In this document: positions 1 to 8,855 of the stretch, one piece after another | Numbering within the stretch: the first letter of the stretch is position 1 | Layout of the letters: the number at the start of each line of letters is the position of its first letter | NCBI GenBank assembly: GCA_963772835.1 | Contig: CAVYYZ010000011.1 | Location: 352,001-416,000, forward strand | Source: an uncultured delta proteobacterium | Lineage (GTDB): Bacteria > Desulfobacterota > Desulfuromonadia > Geobacterales > Pseudopelobacteraceae | Direction of reading: 5' to 3' | DNA: 64,000 bases | The notes under the pieces: model-generated | Told to the model about the DNA's origin: nothing | The model's database searches: none | The model's input: only the letters and a program-made list of their open reading frames with translations | Translations under genes and position numbers: made by a program

Positions 1-1305
1 TTCAGGAGGGTTTGAAAGTGATTTCAATTGATTGAATGCTGCGATAAACCGGCGGTCCACTTCACCGTTCGCGACGGGTAGGATCGTTTTCATAATTGAT
101 CCAATTCCTGAAAGAAATGCGATCATCTGGGGTACAAATGAATCTTCATGACAGCGTTCACAGGGACGCGGAAGTATTGATCTCGTTCCCGCTCTGAAAG
201 CATCCATGCTGATGTTGCGCCAAGTCGTGCTGCAGGCGGTTATCAGTATAGAAATCTGAGGAAAAGCAGAAATTTTTTGGCGCACGAGTGAAAGTGACTG
301 CGCTCCATCGGTTTCATGAGAAATATCAATAATAAGAATCGGATGGAGATCTCTGCCGAGAGACTGCTCGATAACAATGTCCAGAGAACTTTCTTCGTCA
401 GAGGCAAATATAAACAGATTATCATGTTTACAGGTTGTCGCTATAGAATGGGAAAGAAGTTCGTTTTGCGTCAGCAGAATAATAGCTGTAACCGGTGGGG
501 TTGAATCCGCATGCACAGGTGCGGACATGCCGGTCAGAAAAGAGACCAGCTGCTCCTGTCGATCGATGGTTGTTTCCGGAAGCGCCCGGGTAACAATCTG
601 CCGGTGTTCATCAACCGGATCATAATCTTTCAGGCCGATAAAAACATCCGGAAGCTTGCGGATAACCGTGTCGAGCGTATCGAGGCCAAGCAGATCGGCT
701 GTAATTTTCTGCGTTCCGGATTCAGAAGTAGTGGGCTCGCTTTTCCCGATGCTTGCATCGGTAAAGAAAATATTGCTCAGTGAGCCGTCGCGCATTTTTT
801 CATCATAAATCCGGAGTGACTCCATCAGAACGCCCTGAGCGTTCAGCAGAATTTCCTGATGTAGCTTTTCAGGGAAATAACGATATTCATCTGAAATGTA
901 TTTTTTTGAAACATCGAGAGAAAAGGTTCCGCTTGACCAGGTCAAAACTTCAACAATACTCATTTCAATCAATGTTTCCAGCCCCTTGAAGGCGGTCTCT
1001 TTGTCAATCGTCCCCTGTTCAATCAAAGTTGCGACCAACGGTTTGCGATCTCTTCCAGCCTCATTTTGTTCTGCCAGTGCCTGATTGAGAGCCTCCTGGG
1101 TAATGGCATTCATATCAACCAGCACTTTGCCGATTCGTACGCTGTTATTCAGATGGTTGGCGCTGACAAAATAGCCCTCATGAAAAACAAGCTGGCTCTC
1201 GCCTTTGGGGCTTTTCAAATATAAGACGCCGGTTTTACTGGTCATGTGTAGAAGCTGAATGACATCTACCAAAGGGAAATGTTCAAGATCACCGTTAAAC
1301 GACAT
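1..1305 (-). CDS. DUF4388 domain-containing protein (3' end truncated by the window edge)
   Basis: Not in the ORF track. Manual minus-strand translation from the ATG at 1305 gives MSFNGDLEHFPLVDVIQLLHMTSKTGVLYL...LLNAQGVLMESLRIYDE, the typical DUF4388 pattern. An AGGAG SD lies upstream. Confidence 0.8.
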   Translation of the reverse strand, partial: MSFNGDLEHFPLVDVIQLLHMTSKTGVLYLKSPKGESQLVFHEGYFVSANHLNNSVRIGKVLVDMNAITQEALNQALAEQNEAGRDRKPLVATLIEQGTIDKETAFKGLETLIEMSIVEVLTWSSGTFSLDVSKKYISDEYRYFPEKLHQEILLNAQGVLMESLRIYDEKMRDGSLSNIFFTDASIGKSEPTTSESGTQKITADLLGLDTLDTVIRKLPDVFIGLKDYDPVDEHRQIVTRALPETTIDRQEQLVSFLTGMSAPVHADSTPPVTAIILLTQNELLSHSIATTCKHDNLFIFASDEESSLDIVIEQSLGRDLHPILIIDISHETDGAQSLSLVRQKISAFPQISILITACSTTWRNISMDAFRAGTRSILPRPCERCHEDSFVPQMIAFLSGIGSIMKTILPVANGEVDRRFIAAFNQLKSLSNPPE

Positions 1306-1475
1306 ATTATAAACTCCTCTTATTAATCGTAAACAGCCGTCACTATATCGCACATTGTAGTTATTTTGTGTAGATTGTTTCCGCAATTTTTCAGAGTATT
1401 AGTGACATGCTACAAATGTTTTGATACTAGTATGAAATGCTTTAAAATGAAATTATCCCATCAGGAGCCTTTGAT

Positions 1476-2315
1476 ATGAAGATATCCTGCCCTAAATGCA
1501 ACGCAAGTGGAACTATTCCTGATCACGAGGTACCTGAGTCAGGGCGGTTTCTCAATTGTCCTCGCTGTAACGAGGGGTTTACGGTTGCCAGGCAGCGTTC
1601 AGGATCTGATGTCTATCTCGTTGATACCTGTCCCTCATGCAGTTTCAGTACGTTTGGTGACGAAACATTCAGTGACTGTCCCAAATGCGGTGTTTCTGTC
1701 AAGGTTTTCGTTGAACGTCAACGCGAAGAACAACGGTTGAAACATAATCAGGAACTGTTAGGAAAAAAGTTAAACAATCCTGAATATATTGCTGTTCAAC
1801 CGGAAGTTGTCGATACTCCTGTCGCCGATTTTATCGATAATCTTCACCCGGTTAATCTTATAAGCTGGGGGGTTGCAGCTGCCGCGGTACTTATTCTTGG
1901 CCTCGGCTTGTGGGGAATTGTCGGGTATGATGCTTCCAAAATACAGGCTCTGCTGATGGCGGAGCGGGACACGCCGGTTTCAAAGTTTACCGTTTTTCTG
2001 GATTATGGTCTGATCCACTGGGTCAAGCTGATTTACGGATGTGGTGCATTGGTTGTCGCGATCCTTTTCATGAAACGTCAGAAGTCGAGTCTGAAAGCCA
2101 TGAGTGGTTTGTTGTGGGTGACTATTGTCCTTGTGCCGCTATCATATAGTATAGGATTTATATATTGGGTTCTGGCTCCGATACCTCACACAATCAGCGG
2201 TTATCTGATTGAAATTTTGAATATACTTTTCATGGGCGCTCTTGTGGGAGTGCCTCTGTATCTACTCGAGCGCTATCTTCACGAAAAAAAATTAACCTCC
2301 GTTGTCACTCTCTGA
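1476..2315 (+). CDS. Zinc-ribbon (MJ0042-like) membrane protein
   Basis: N-terminal CPKC...CPRC, a second CPSC...CPKC pair, and several C-terminal hydrophobic helices. AGGAG SD. Confidence 0.75.
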   Translation: MKISCPKCNASGTIPDHEVPESGRFLNCPRCNEGFTVARQRSGSDVYLVDTCPSCSFSTFGDETFSDCPKCGVSVKVFVERQREEQRLKHNQELLGKKLNNPEYIAVQPEVVDTPVADFIDNLHPVNLISWGVAAAAVLILGLGLWGIVGYDASKIQALLMAERDTPVSKFTVFLDYGLIHWVKLIYGCGALVVAILFMKRQKSSLKAMSGLLWVTIVLVPLSYSIGFIYWVLAPIPHTISGYLIEILNILFMGALVGVPLYLLERYLHEKKLTSVVTL

Positions 2316-2316
2316 A

Positions 2317-3054
2317 ATGGTTTCTGGAACGCTATTGCCGTTTCTTCCCTGGTTTGCTGTCGCAGTACTCTTTATCGGGCCGTTCGTGCGCATCGGTCTG
2401 GCGGTTGCACTGGTTGCCCAGCTGATTTATCTATTCAGCCGCGGTATTATGCTTGGCCGTCTTCCTCTGCTCGGTCCGCATGACACACTGATGTTCTTCG
2501 GCATGTCAGTGACACTTATGGGGCTGCTCGCATCATATTCTCCGATCATTCGCGGTAAGAGATGGTTTATGGCTGCAGTGGGAATTCCGGCGGGAATTTT
2601 CACCGCGGGTGCACTCCTGTTCAGCCCGCTCAACATGCCGCTGCCGCAGATACTTGACACACTCTGGTTTGAGCTGCATGTTGTTGTGGCATTTTTCGGT
2701 TATGCCCTTTTTTTTATCGGGGGTATAATGAGTGCCGCCTATCTCTGTTCAGGCTCACGGGCTCACCTGGGTTTGTTTTACAAAACTGCGCTGACAGGAT
2801 GGACTTTTTTTTCTGTTTCAATGATATCGGGTGGAATCTGGGGGTATTATGCCTGGGGAACATACTGGCTTTGGACACCAAAAGAATTATGGACAGCTAT
2901 TCTCTGGCTGTTTTATGCTCTGGTGTTGCACGTCAGGCTGAAGGGGTCTCGTTGGGATACCATTTTGGCCTGTCTTGGAATTGCTGGTGTGTTCATAATG
3001 ATGTTTACCTATATGGGTGTAAGCATGTTGATGAAGAGTTCACACAGTTTTTGA
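2317..3054 (+). CDS. ccsA: Cytochrome c biogenesis protein, CcsA/ResC family
   Basis: WWD-domain motif GGIWGYYAWGTYWLWTPKELW, conserved His in WFELHV, C-terminal HSF. ATG 1 nt after the upstream stop. Confidence 0.85.
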   Translation: MVSGTLLPFLPWFAVAVLFIGPFVRIGLAVALVAQLIYLFSRGIMLGRLPLLGPHDTLMFFGMSVTLMGLLASYSPIIRGKRWFMAAVGIPAGIFTAGALLFSPLNMPLPQILDTLWFELHVVVAFFGYALFFIGGIMSAAYLCSGSRAHLGLFYKTALTGWTFFSVSMISGGIWGYYAWGTYWLWTPKELWTAILWLFYALVLHVRLKGSRWDTILACLGIAGVFIMMFTYMGVSMLMKSSHSF

Positions 3055-3066
3055 AGTCATCAGTAT

Positions 3067-3948
3067 TCAGTCCCTGAAACGTTTCAATAAATCGCCGTAC
3101 CCGTCGATCCTTCGGTCACGCAGGAAGGGCCAGATGCGCCGGACCCGTTCGCTCCTTTCACCATCTATTTCAATCTCTATAATTTCTTCGTTCGTTTGGG
3201 ATGCTTCCACCAGAATTTCTCCTTGCGGACCGGCAGCAAAACTGCCGCCCCAGAACTGAATGCCGACGTCCTGCTGCTGCGAGTTTTCAAAACCGACCCG
3301 GTTGACGGCCAGAACCGGCAGTCCGTTAGCCACCGCGTGCCCGCGCTGTACCGTGATCCAGGCATCATATTGCCGCAGCCTCTCCTCATCTGTATCTTCC
3401 ATGTCCCAGCCTATGGCGGTCGGATAGATCAACAGATCCGCTCCAGCCAGGGCCATAAGCCTGGCAGCTTCAGGATACCATTGGTCCCAGCACACCATTA
3501 CACCGAGATTGCCGACAGAGGTTTTAATCGGGTTAAAGCCGGTGTCGCCGGGGGTGAAATAGAACTTTTCATAAAATCCCGGGTCATCAGGGATATGCAT
3601 TTTGCGATAGATACCGGCAATGGAACCGTCATTTTCGAGTACTACCGCCGTATTATGATACAGCCCGGCAGCTCTCCGCTCAAACAGAGAAGCAATAATA
3701 ACTACTCCCAGTTCATCTGCAAGTGCTCCCAATGTTCCGGTAGTTGGCCCCGGTATCGGTTCGGCCAGGTCAAACAGGTCAGGAGACTCAATCTGGCAGA
3801 AATACGTGGATGTGTGCAATTCCTGAAGCACGATAAGTTGTGCCCCGGAAGCCGCAGCTGTGCGGATCATCTGAGTTGTTTTAGAAAGATTATCATCACG
3901 GTTGCTGCTGCAGCGTTGCTGAATTAACGCAACTTTGAGCGTTTTCAT
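3067..3948 (-). CDS. aguB: N-carbamoylputrescine amidase (carbon-nitrogen hydrolase)
   Basis: LQELH, YRKMHIPDDPGFYEKFYF and VCWDQWYPE nitrilase motifs. Start chosen at ATG 3948, overlapping the aguA stop. Confidence 0.9.
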   Translation of the reverse strand: MKTLKVALIQQRCSSNRDDNLSKTTQMIRTAAASGAQLIVLQELHTSTYFCQIESPDLFDLAEPIPGPTTGTLGALADELGVVIIASLFERRAAGLYHNTAVVLENDGSIAGIYRKMHIPDDPGFYEKFYFTPGDTGFNPIKTSVGNLGVMVCWDQWYPEAARLMALAGADLLIYPTAIGWDMEDTDEERLRQYDAWITVQRGHAVANGLPVLAVNRVGFENSQQQDVGIQFWGGSFAAGPQGEILVEASQTNEEIIEIEIDGERSERVRRIWPFLRDRRIDGYGDLLKRFRD

Positions 3949-4970
3949 GCCAGAACCCCCTGAGGAAGATGCATTGTTACGCAATGCAAAGAACCATGCT
4001 GTTCAAGCAGGGGCAGGCAGTCAATGCCGATGGTTTCCCGTCCCGGAAAGGCCTGTGAGATTCGTTCCAGTGCCGTACGGTCGTTCTCCGTATCTCGATA
4101 GGTCGGTACCAGTACTGCACCGTTGATTATCAGGAAATTTGAGTAGGTTGCCGGAAGCCGATGGGCATGCTCATCAAAACGAGCTTTTGGCCAGGGGAGG
4201 GGTATCAGGCGATATGGAGAACCGTCCGGAGCAGTGAACGATTTCAGCTCTTCTTCCATCAGTTTCAGTTGTTCAAAATGTTCATCAAGAGGGTGGTCAC
4301 AGGCCTGATAGACAATGGTGCTGTCCGGACAGATACGGGCCAGGGTATCGATATGGGAGTCGGTATCATCACCTGCAAGGCCGCCATGGTTGAGCCAGAG
4401 AACTCGTTTTGCTCCGATTAGAGAGGCCAGCGCCTGTTCAATTTCGCTCTTATCCAACTGTGGATTACGGTTTTGCGAAAGCAGACATTCAGCCGTTGTC
4501 AGAATCGTTCCGAGGCCGTCACTTTCAATACTGCCGCCTTCCAAAATCAATCCGATTGTGTTCAGTCTGGGGAGTAACAGACCCTGCTGTTTAAGCTTTT
4601 TCGAAATAATATTATCAAAGTTAGCGGGAAATTTTAACCCCCAGCCGTTGAAACCAAAGTCAAGTAGTGTCGGTTTGTTGTTGAAGATAACAGTAATTGG
4701 TCCAAAATCACGCGTCCACGTATCGTTGCACGGAATTTCACAGATAGTGACTTTTGTCAAATCGACTCCGGCCTTGCTAAGATAGTCTACAACCGAGGCT
4801 GCATGGGGTGCAGTAAGAAGTACCCGTTCAAACCGGCAAATATTTCTTATAATCTCTGCAAAGACCGGACGGACGTCATCCAGCATATAGGCCCAATCGG
4901 TTCCTTCGTGTGGCCAGGCCATCAGCACGCCGTCTTGAATTTCCCATTCGGCAGGTAATCGTGGATTCAC
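3945..4970 (-). CDS. aguA: Agmatine deiminase / peptidyl-arginine deiminase family
   Basis: RLPAEWE, DTWTRDFGP, LEGGSIESDG, DDTDSHID and GSLHCVT motifs. Confidence 0.9.
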   Translation of the reverse strand: MNPRLPAEWEIQDGVLMAWPHEGTDWAYMLDDVRPVFAEIIRNICRFERVLLTAPHAASVVDYLSKAGVDLTKVTICEIPCNDTWTRDFGPITVIFNNKPTLLDFGFNGWGLKFPANFDNIISKKLKQQGLLLPRLNTIGLILEGGSIESDGLGTILTTAECLLSQNRNPQLDKSEIEQALASLIGAKRVLWLNHGGLAGDDTDSHIDTLARICPDSTIVYQACDHPLDEHFEQLKLMEEELKSFTAPDGSPYRLIPLPWPKARFDEHAHRLPATYSNFLIINGAVLVPTYRDTENDRTALERISQAFPGRETIGIDCLPLLEQHGSLHCVTMHLPQGVLA

Positions 4971-5340
4971 AGTAATTCTCCATTATATTAATTTGAAAGG
5001 GCAGGGATAATACAACTATAAAACGGTTATCGGGATCGTACTATAGAACATTTTTCAACACCCTTGCAAGAGCAGGTTTCCCTAAATCTAATGGACATGG
5101 AAAATGTTATAAAGCGAGCCACAGGTGAATAATACAATTCTATAAAAACGATCAGTCAATGCAAACGTCCTGAAGTCAATGACTTTTCCTGCACATGAGT
5201 ATTCTCCTTACTGAGTTAATCTAAAACCGCAGGCGTCGGACAAGTCCCAATCAGGACCTTTCCTCTGACAACTTCAGCTGTCGAATCGCTCTAACAACTT
5301 CAAGTTTAATCCGCGGGTAATTTGTTTTTTTGTCCTGTGT

Positions 5341-5699
5341 GAGGGTGCAATTTTGAAAGGTCGCATGTAGTTCAGTGCGTTCCCGGGTCGAACCGATGAA
5401 GGTGGTTCTATCCCGCGTACACGGAACACCTTCGGGAATATGGAGTGGGGTGCCTGGGGTGGAGTAGATGCCGGTGTCCGTGTCAAGACCGACAGGATAG
5501 GTCGTGAGCCCTCTGACAACAGTACTCATTGAACTTTTGGAGATGACAGAGTTTCCGGCGATTGAAAGCATGACAACACAAGAGACTGTTATCTCCCGTT
5601 TTCTGCTTCAACCTCTGTGACAGAACCTCAGACAGCCGATTGCTTGTGCAATCCGCCATCCCTCTATTCAGTAGAGGCTGCGATTCAACTCCCTACAAG
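5341..5699 (+). ncRNA. Candidate structured non-coding RNA or non-autonomous IS110-like end region
   Basis: Nested helices, many of which need G-U pairs on the + strand: 5398-5408/5424-5433, 5380-5385/5433-5438, 5441-5450/5601-5610, 5511-5514/5581-5584, 5537-5544/5551-5558, 5661-5666/5672-5677. No credible ORF. The family assignment is inference only. Confidence 0.5.
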
Positions 5700-5749
5700 T
5701 AGTGTCGATCTGGAATGATAAGAAATCAGATTCTATGTGGATGTTGTGG

Positions 5750-6025
5750 TCAAAAATCATGTTCAAGGATTTCCAGGCCCAATCCAACAGAATTGACTCG
5801 CGTGATGCGACTCTTATATTTGAAATATGCAGTTGAGTGGTCATTGTTAAATATCAGGCTGCATGTATCTCCTGGTCTAATAGTGTCGGGAGCGGGGTTG
5901 TACAATGTTACCAGAGCACCAGTAATGGAAATATTCATAACTGCACCGCAGTATTTTGATCCGGCAAAATACAAAAGACATTTTTCAGCACAATTGATTC
6001 TCTGGTGATTTCTTTTTTCGGCCAT
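5750..6025 (-). CDS. Stand-alone PilZ domain protein (c-di-GMP effector)
   Basis: EKRNHQR (RxxxR) and NISITG (D/NxSxxG) motifs. GGAGG SD before the ATG at 6025. Confidence 0.85.
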   Translation of the reverse strand: MAEKRNHQRINCAEKCLLYFAGSKYCGAVMNISITGALVTLYNPAPDTIRPGDTCSLIFNNDHSTAYFKYKSRITRVNSVGLGLEILEHDF

Positions 6026-6512
6026 AGCCCCCACCTCCCTTTCCACGTTCAGAAAGCAAATACCACGCCGTAACATAACTGTTCGTAAATATGAGATAAT
6101 TCATTCGTAGTCGGAAAGCGGATAAACATTTCGTAAGCTGAATCGACAGATTTAGTGGTAAAACCGACAATTTCAATGCTGGGAATATCTGTTTGGATTG
6201 CCACATGAATATGCTGAAAATGTAACAGGATGAACAAATTTAACAATCCTTAGACGTACCCGTTAAATACGCTTTTACCATGTTTTTGAACCCCCTGTTA
6301 TGTTCTGTATTAACATATTATTTTAATCGAAACAGTTGTAACACCCTAACAAGTATCAATATTCAATATGGCACACAATGTGATTAGAGTACGTTGAGTG
6401 CAGTTGATGACTTGAATCTTGAAAAAATGAATTCGAGCATGTGCAGATTTTTAAATTTCTGAAACATTGAAATAATTAACGCTCTAAAAGTTTTTGTAGT
6501 GTCGTGAGATAA

Positions 6513-7553
6513 ATGCCAATGAAAATAACAACTCATTTATATAATGAAGACGGTAATGCCTGGAATACATTTGTCTCGTCACATCAGGACAGCACCAACT
6601 ATCACCAATATGGGTGGAGGAAAGTTATTGAAAAAAGTTTCGGTCACAGAACTATGTATCTGGCTGCTATTGACAGTCATAACGAAATCTGTGGAGTTCT
6701 GCCATTTGTCCAGGTGAAAAGCAGGTTGTTTGGCAGTTTTCTGGTTTCACTTCCATTTTTAAACTATGGCGGTATGCTTGTTTCCGAGTTTGCTGCCATC
6801 TCCGCATTACTGGACGCTTCGCGAAAAATCCTTTCTGGAACAGGTGTAGATCATATTGAATTCCGCAACCTTAAAATGTGTAATGAAGTCGTAGCGACGA
6901 AACAGCACAAAGTAACAATGATACTGGAGTTAAAAAAGAATGTAGAAGAGCAGTGGGGCAGTCTTGATGTCAAAGTGCGTAATCAGGTTCGCAAAGCGGA
7001 AAAGAATGGTTTAAAGTCTGTTATAGGGCACATTGATCTGCTGGACGGATTTTACGAGGTTTTCTGTCGAAATATGCGCGATCTTGGGACACCGGTATAC
7101 GGGAGAGATTTTTTCCGCAACGTTCTGGAGGAATTTCCTGATACCACACGAATTCTTACGATAACGCTTGATGGAAAAACTATTGCATCAGCTCTTTTGA
7201 CCTGGCACAAGGGTACTCTTGAAGTCCCGTGGGCTTCCTCAAACAGAGACTATCGACAGTTCTGCCCCAATAATCTTCTGTATTGGGATGCAATCCGTTT
7301 TGCCATCGGTTTGGGAGCAGGCATGTTTGATTTCGGCCGTTCTACTCCAGGTGAAGGAACCTTCAACTTCAAGAAACAGTGGGGTGCCAGATCAGTGCCG
7401 CTTTACTGGCAGTATCTGCTTCATGAAGGTGATGCACTTCCTGAAATCAATCCGAAGAACCCACGATTCCGCCTTGCAATTCAAGCATGGCAACGGCTGC
7501 CCTTGATGATAACAAATATTTTAGGGCCGCATATTATCCGCTGTATACCATAA
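6513..7553 (+). CDS. FemAB-like GNAT protein, XrtA/PEP-CTERM system-associated type
   Basis: SLPFLNYGG, RNQVRKAEK, NMRDLGTPVY and FDFGRSTPGEGTFNFKKQWGA motifs. Confidence 0.85.
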   Translation: MPMKITTHLYNEDGNAWNTFVSSHQDSTNYHQYGWRKVIEKSFGHRTMYLAAIDSHNEICGVLPFVQVKSRLFGSFLVSLPFLNYGGMLVSEFAAISALLDASRKILSGTGVDHIEFRNLKMCNEVVATKQHKVTMILELKKNVEEQWGSLDVKVRNQVRKAEKNGLKSVIGHIDLLDGFYEVFCRNMRDLGTPVYGRDFFRNVLEEFPDTTRILTITLDGKTIASALLTWHKGTLEVPWASSNRDYRQFCPNNLLYWDAIRFAIGLGAGMFDFGRSTPGEGTFNFKKQWGARSVPLYWQYLLHEGDALPEINPKNPRFRLAIQAWQRLPLMITNILGPHIIRCIP

Positions 7554-7720
7554 GTCGGACAATGCTCGTTGTTTGGCACGATCCCATCTTACATGCATTT
7601 TTCTGTATTAATCGAACGAACCTCCTCTGACGTTAAATAAAAGTCACTCGTGAGCTTGTGAGCTGTGAAAATACGCGCCGTTCTTGACTTTCACGCCCGC
7701 TTTTGGCACTATGTCAAACC

Positions 7721-8776
7721 ATGAAAAAATTGACCAGGCAAATATTTATCGGCCGGGTAGCTGTCGGCGGTGATGCTCCCTGCTCTGTACAGTCAATGTG
7801 CAGCACCGACACCCGGGACATAGAAGCAACAACCGCCCAGATCAAAGACCTTGCAGAGGTCGGCTGCGAAATTGTCCGTTGTGCGGTTCCTGATCTTGAT
7901 GCTGCCCATGCATTGACACGAATCAAGCTGAATAGTCCCATTCCTGTGGTAGCCGATATTCACTTCGATTATAAACTGGCTCTACAGGTACTTAAAGGGG
8001 GAATAGACGGCCTGCGTCTTAACCCAGGTAATATTGGAGATAAGTGGAAAGTTGCCGAAATTGTAGCGGCTGCGGATGATCGAAAGGTCCCAATCCGGAT
8101 CGGAGTTAATGCCGGTTCTCTCGAAAAAGAGCTGCTTCAGCGTTACGGCCACCCGTCAGCCGAGGCAATGGTGGAATCGGCCATAGGACATATTCGTATC
8201 CTTGAAGATTTAAACTTCCAGGAGATAAAGATTTCTCTTAAGGCGTCTGATGTGATGAAGACTGTGGCTGCATACCGCCTGTTTTCGGAACAGTCTGATT
8301 ACCCTTTGCATATCGGCATCACCGAGGCAGGAACACTTTTTTCCGGTACAATCAAATCGTCTGTCGGGCTTGGAATACTATTGGCTGACGGGATCGGTGA
8401 TACGATGCGGGTTTCGCTTACCGGGGCCCCGAGGGATGAGATACGTGTTGGTTATGATATATTGAAAGCACTCGGATTACGCCGCCGTGGGGTGAATTTT
8501 GTTTCCTGCCCAACCTGCGGCCGGTGCCAAATTGACCTTATTCGGGTAGCTGAGGATGTTGAGAAACGACTGCAGGGTGTAGACCGACAGATTACTGTGG
8601 CTGTCATGGGATGTGCGGTTAACGGCCCGGGTGAAGCACGTGAAGCGGATGTCGGTATTGCGGGTGGAAAAGGGGAAGGACTCATATTTCGACATGGTGA
8701 AATTGTTCGTAAAGTGCCGGAAGATCAGCTTGCAGATGCATTAATGGAAGAAATACAGAAAATACAGCGGCTTTAA
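7721..8776 (+). CDS. ispG: 4-hydroxy-3-methylbut-2-en-1-yl diphosphate synthase
   Basis: VQSMC, ADIHFDY, RLNPGNIG, SCPTCGRC and AVMGCAVNGPGEA motifs. Confidence 0.97.
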   Translation: MKKLTRQIFIGRVAVGGDAPCSVQSMCSTDTRDIEATTAQIKDLAEVGCEIVRCAVPDLDAAHALTRIKLNSPIPVVADIHFDYKLALQVLKGGIDGLRLNPGNIGDKWKVAEIVAAADDRKVPIRIGVNAGSLEKELLQRYGHPSAEAMVESAIGHIRILEDLNFQEIKISLKASDVMKTVAAYRLFSEQSDYPLHIGITEAGTLFSGTIKSSVGLGILLADGIGDTMRVSLTGAPRDEIRVGYDILKALGLRRRGVNFVSCPTCGRCQIDLIRVAEDVEKRLQGVDRQITVAVMGCAVNGPGEAREADVGIAGGKGEGLIFRHGEIVRKVPEDQLADALMEEIQKIQRL

Positions 8777-8855
8777 TCTGACGCTTCATGGTTGATGCAG
8801 TAAAGACGGTTTAATCAAAATACGTATGGTATGGAAGTACCAGTCTGGGGTTTTT

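Noticed and set aside
243..1084. Short ORFs in the track at 243-1084, and the many antisense or alternate-frame ORFs throughout (e.g. 3196..3927, 53851..54522, 57089..57697, 62576-63961)
   Set aside because: They are shadows of well-supported genes on the other strand or frame, with no motifs or SD.
5383..5396. T-loop-like GGTCGAACC / GGTTCGACCC suggesting a tRNA or tmRNA
   Set aside because: No cloverleaf, acceptor stem or CCA could be built on either strand.
5263..5520. CTCTGACAAC repeats as a CRISPR array
   Set aside because: The repeats are too short and irregularly spaced, and there are no cas genes.
5251..5571. ORF-track calls 5251..5571 and 5274..5519 (minus strand)
   Set aside because: No SD and no recognisable motifs. 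They overlap the structured + strand element and are likely spurious.
5600..5650. AGACAGCCGATTGC resembles the 3' end of a GEMM-I (c-di-GMP/cGAMP) riboswitch
   Set aside because: The P2 GNRA hairpin and the GGAAAGCC/GGGTC elements are absent, and no same-strand gene follows.
6369..6383. Sigma54 promoter before the FemAB-like gene (TGGCAC-N5-GTGA)
   Set aside because: The invariant -12 GC is replaced by GA, so it is not supportable.
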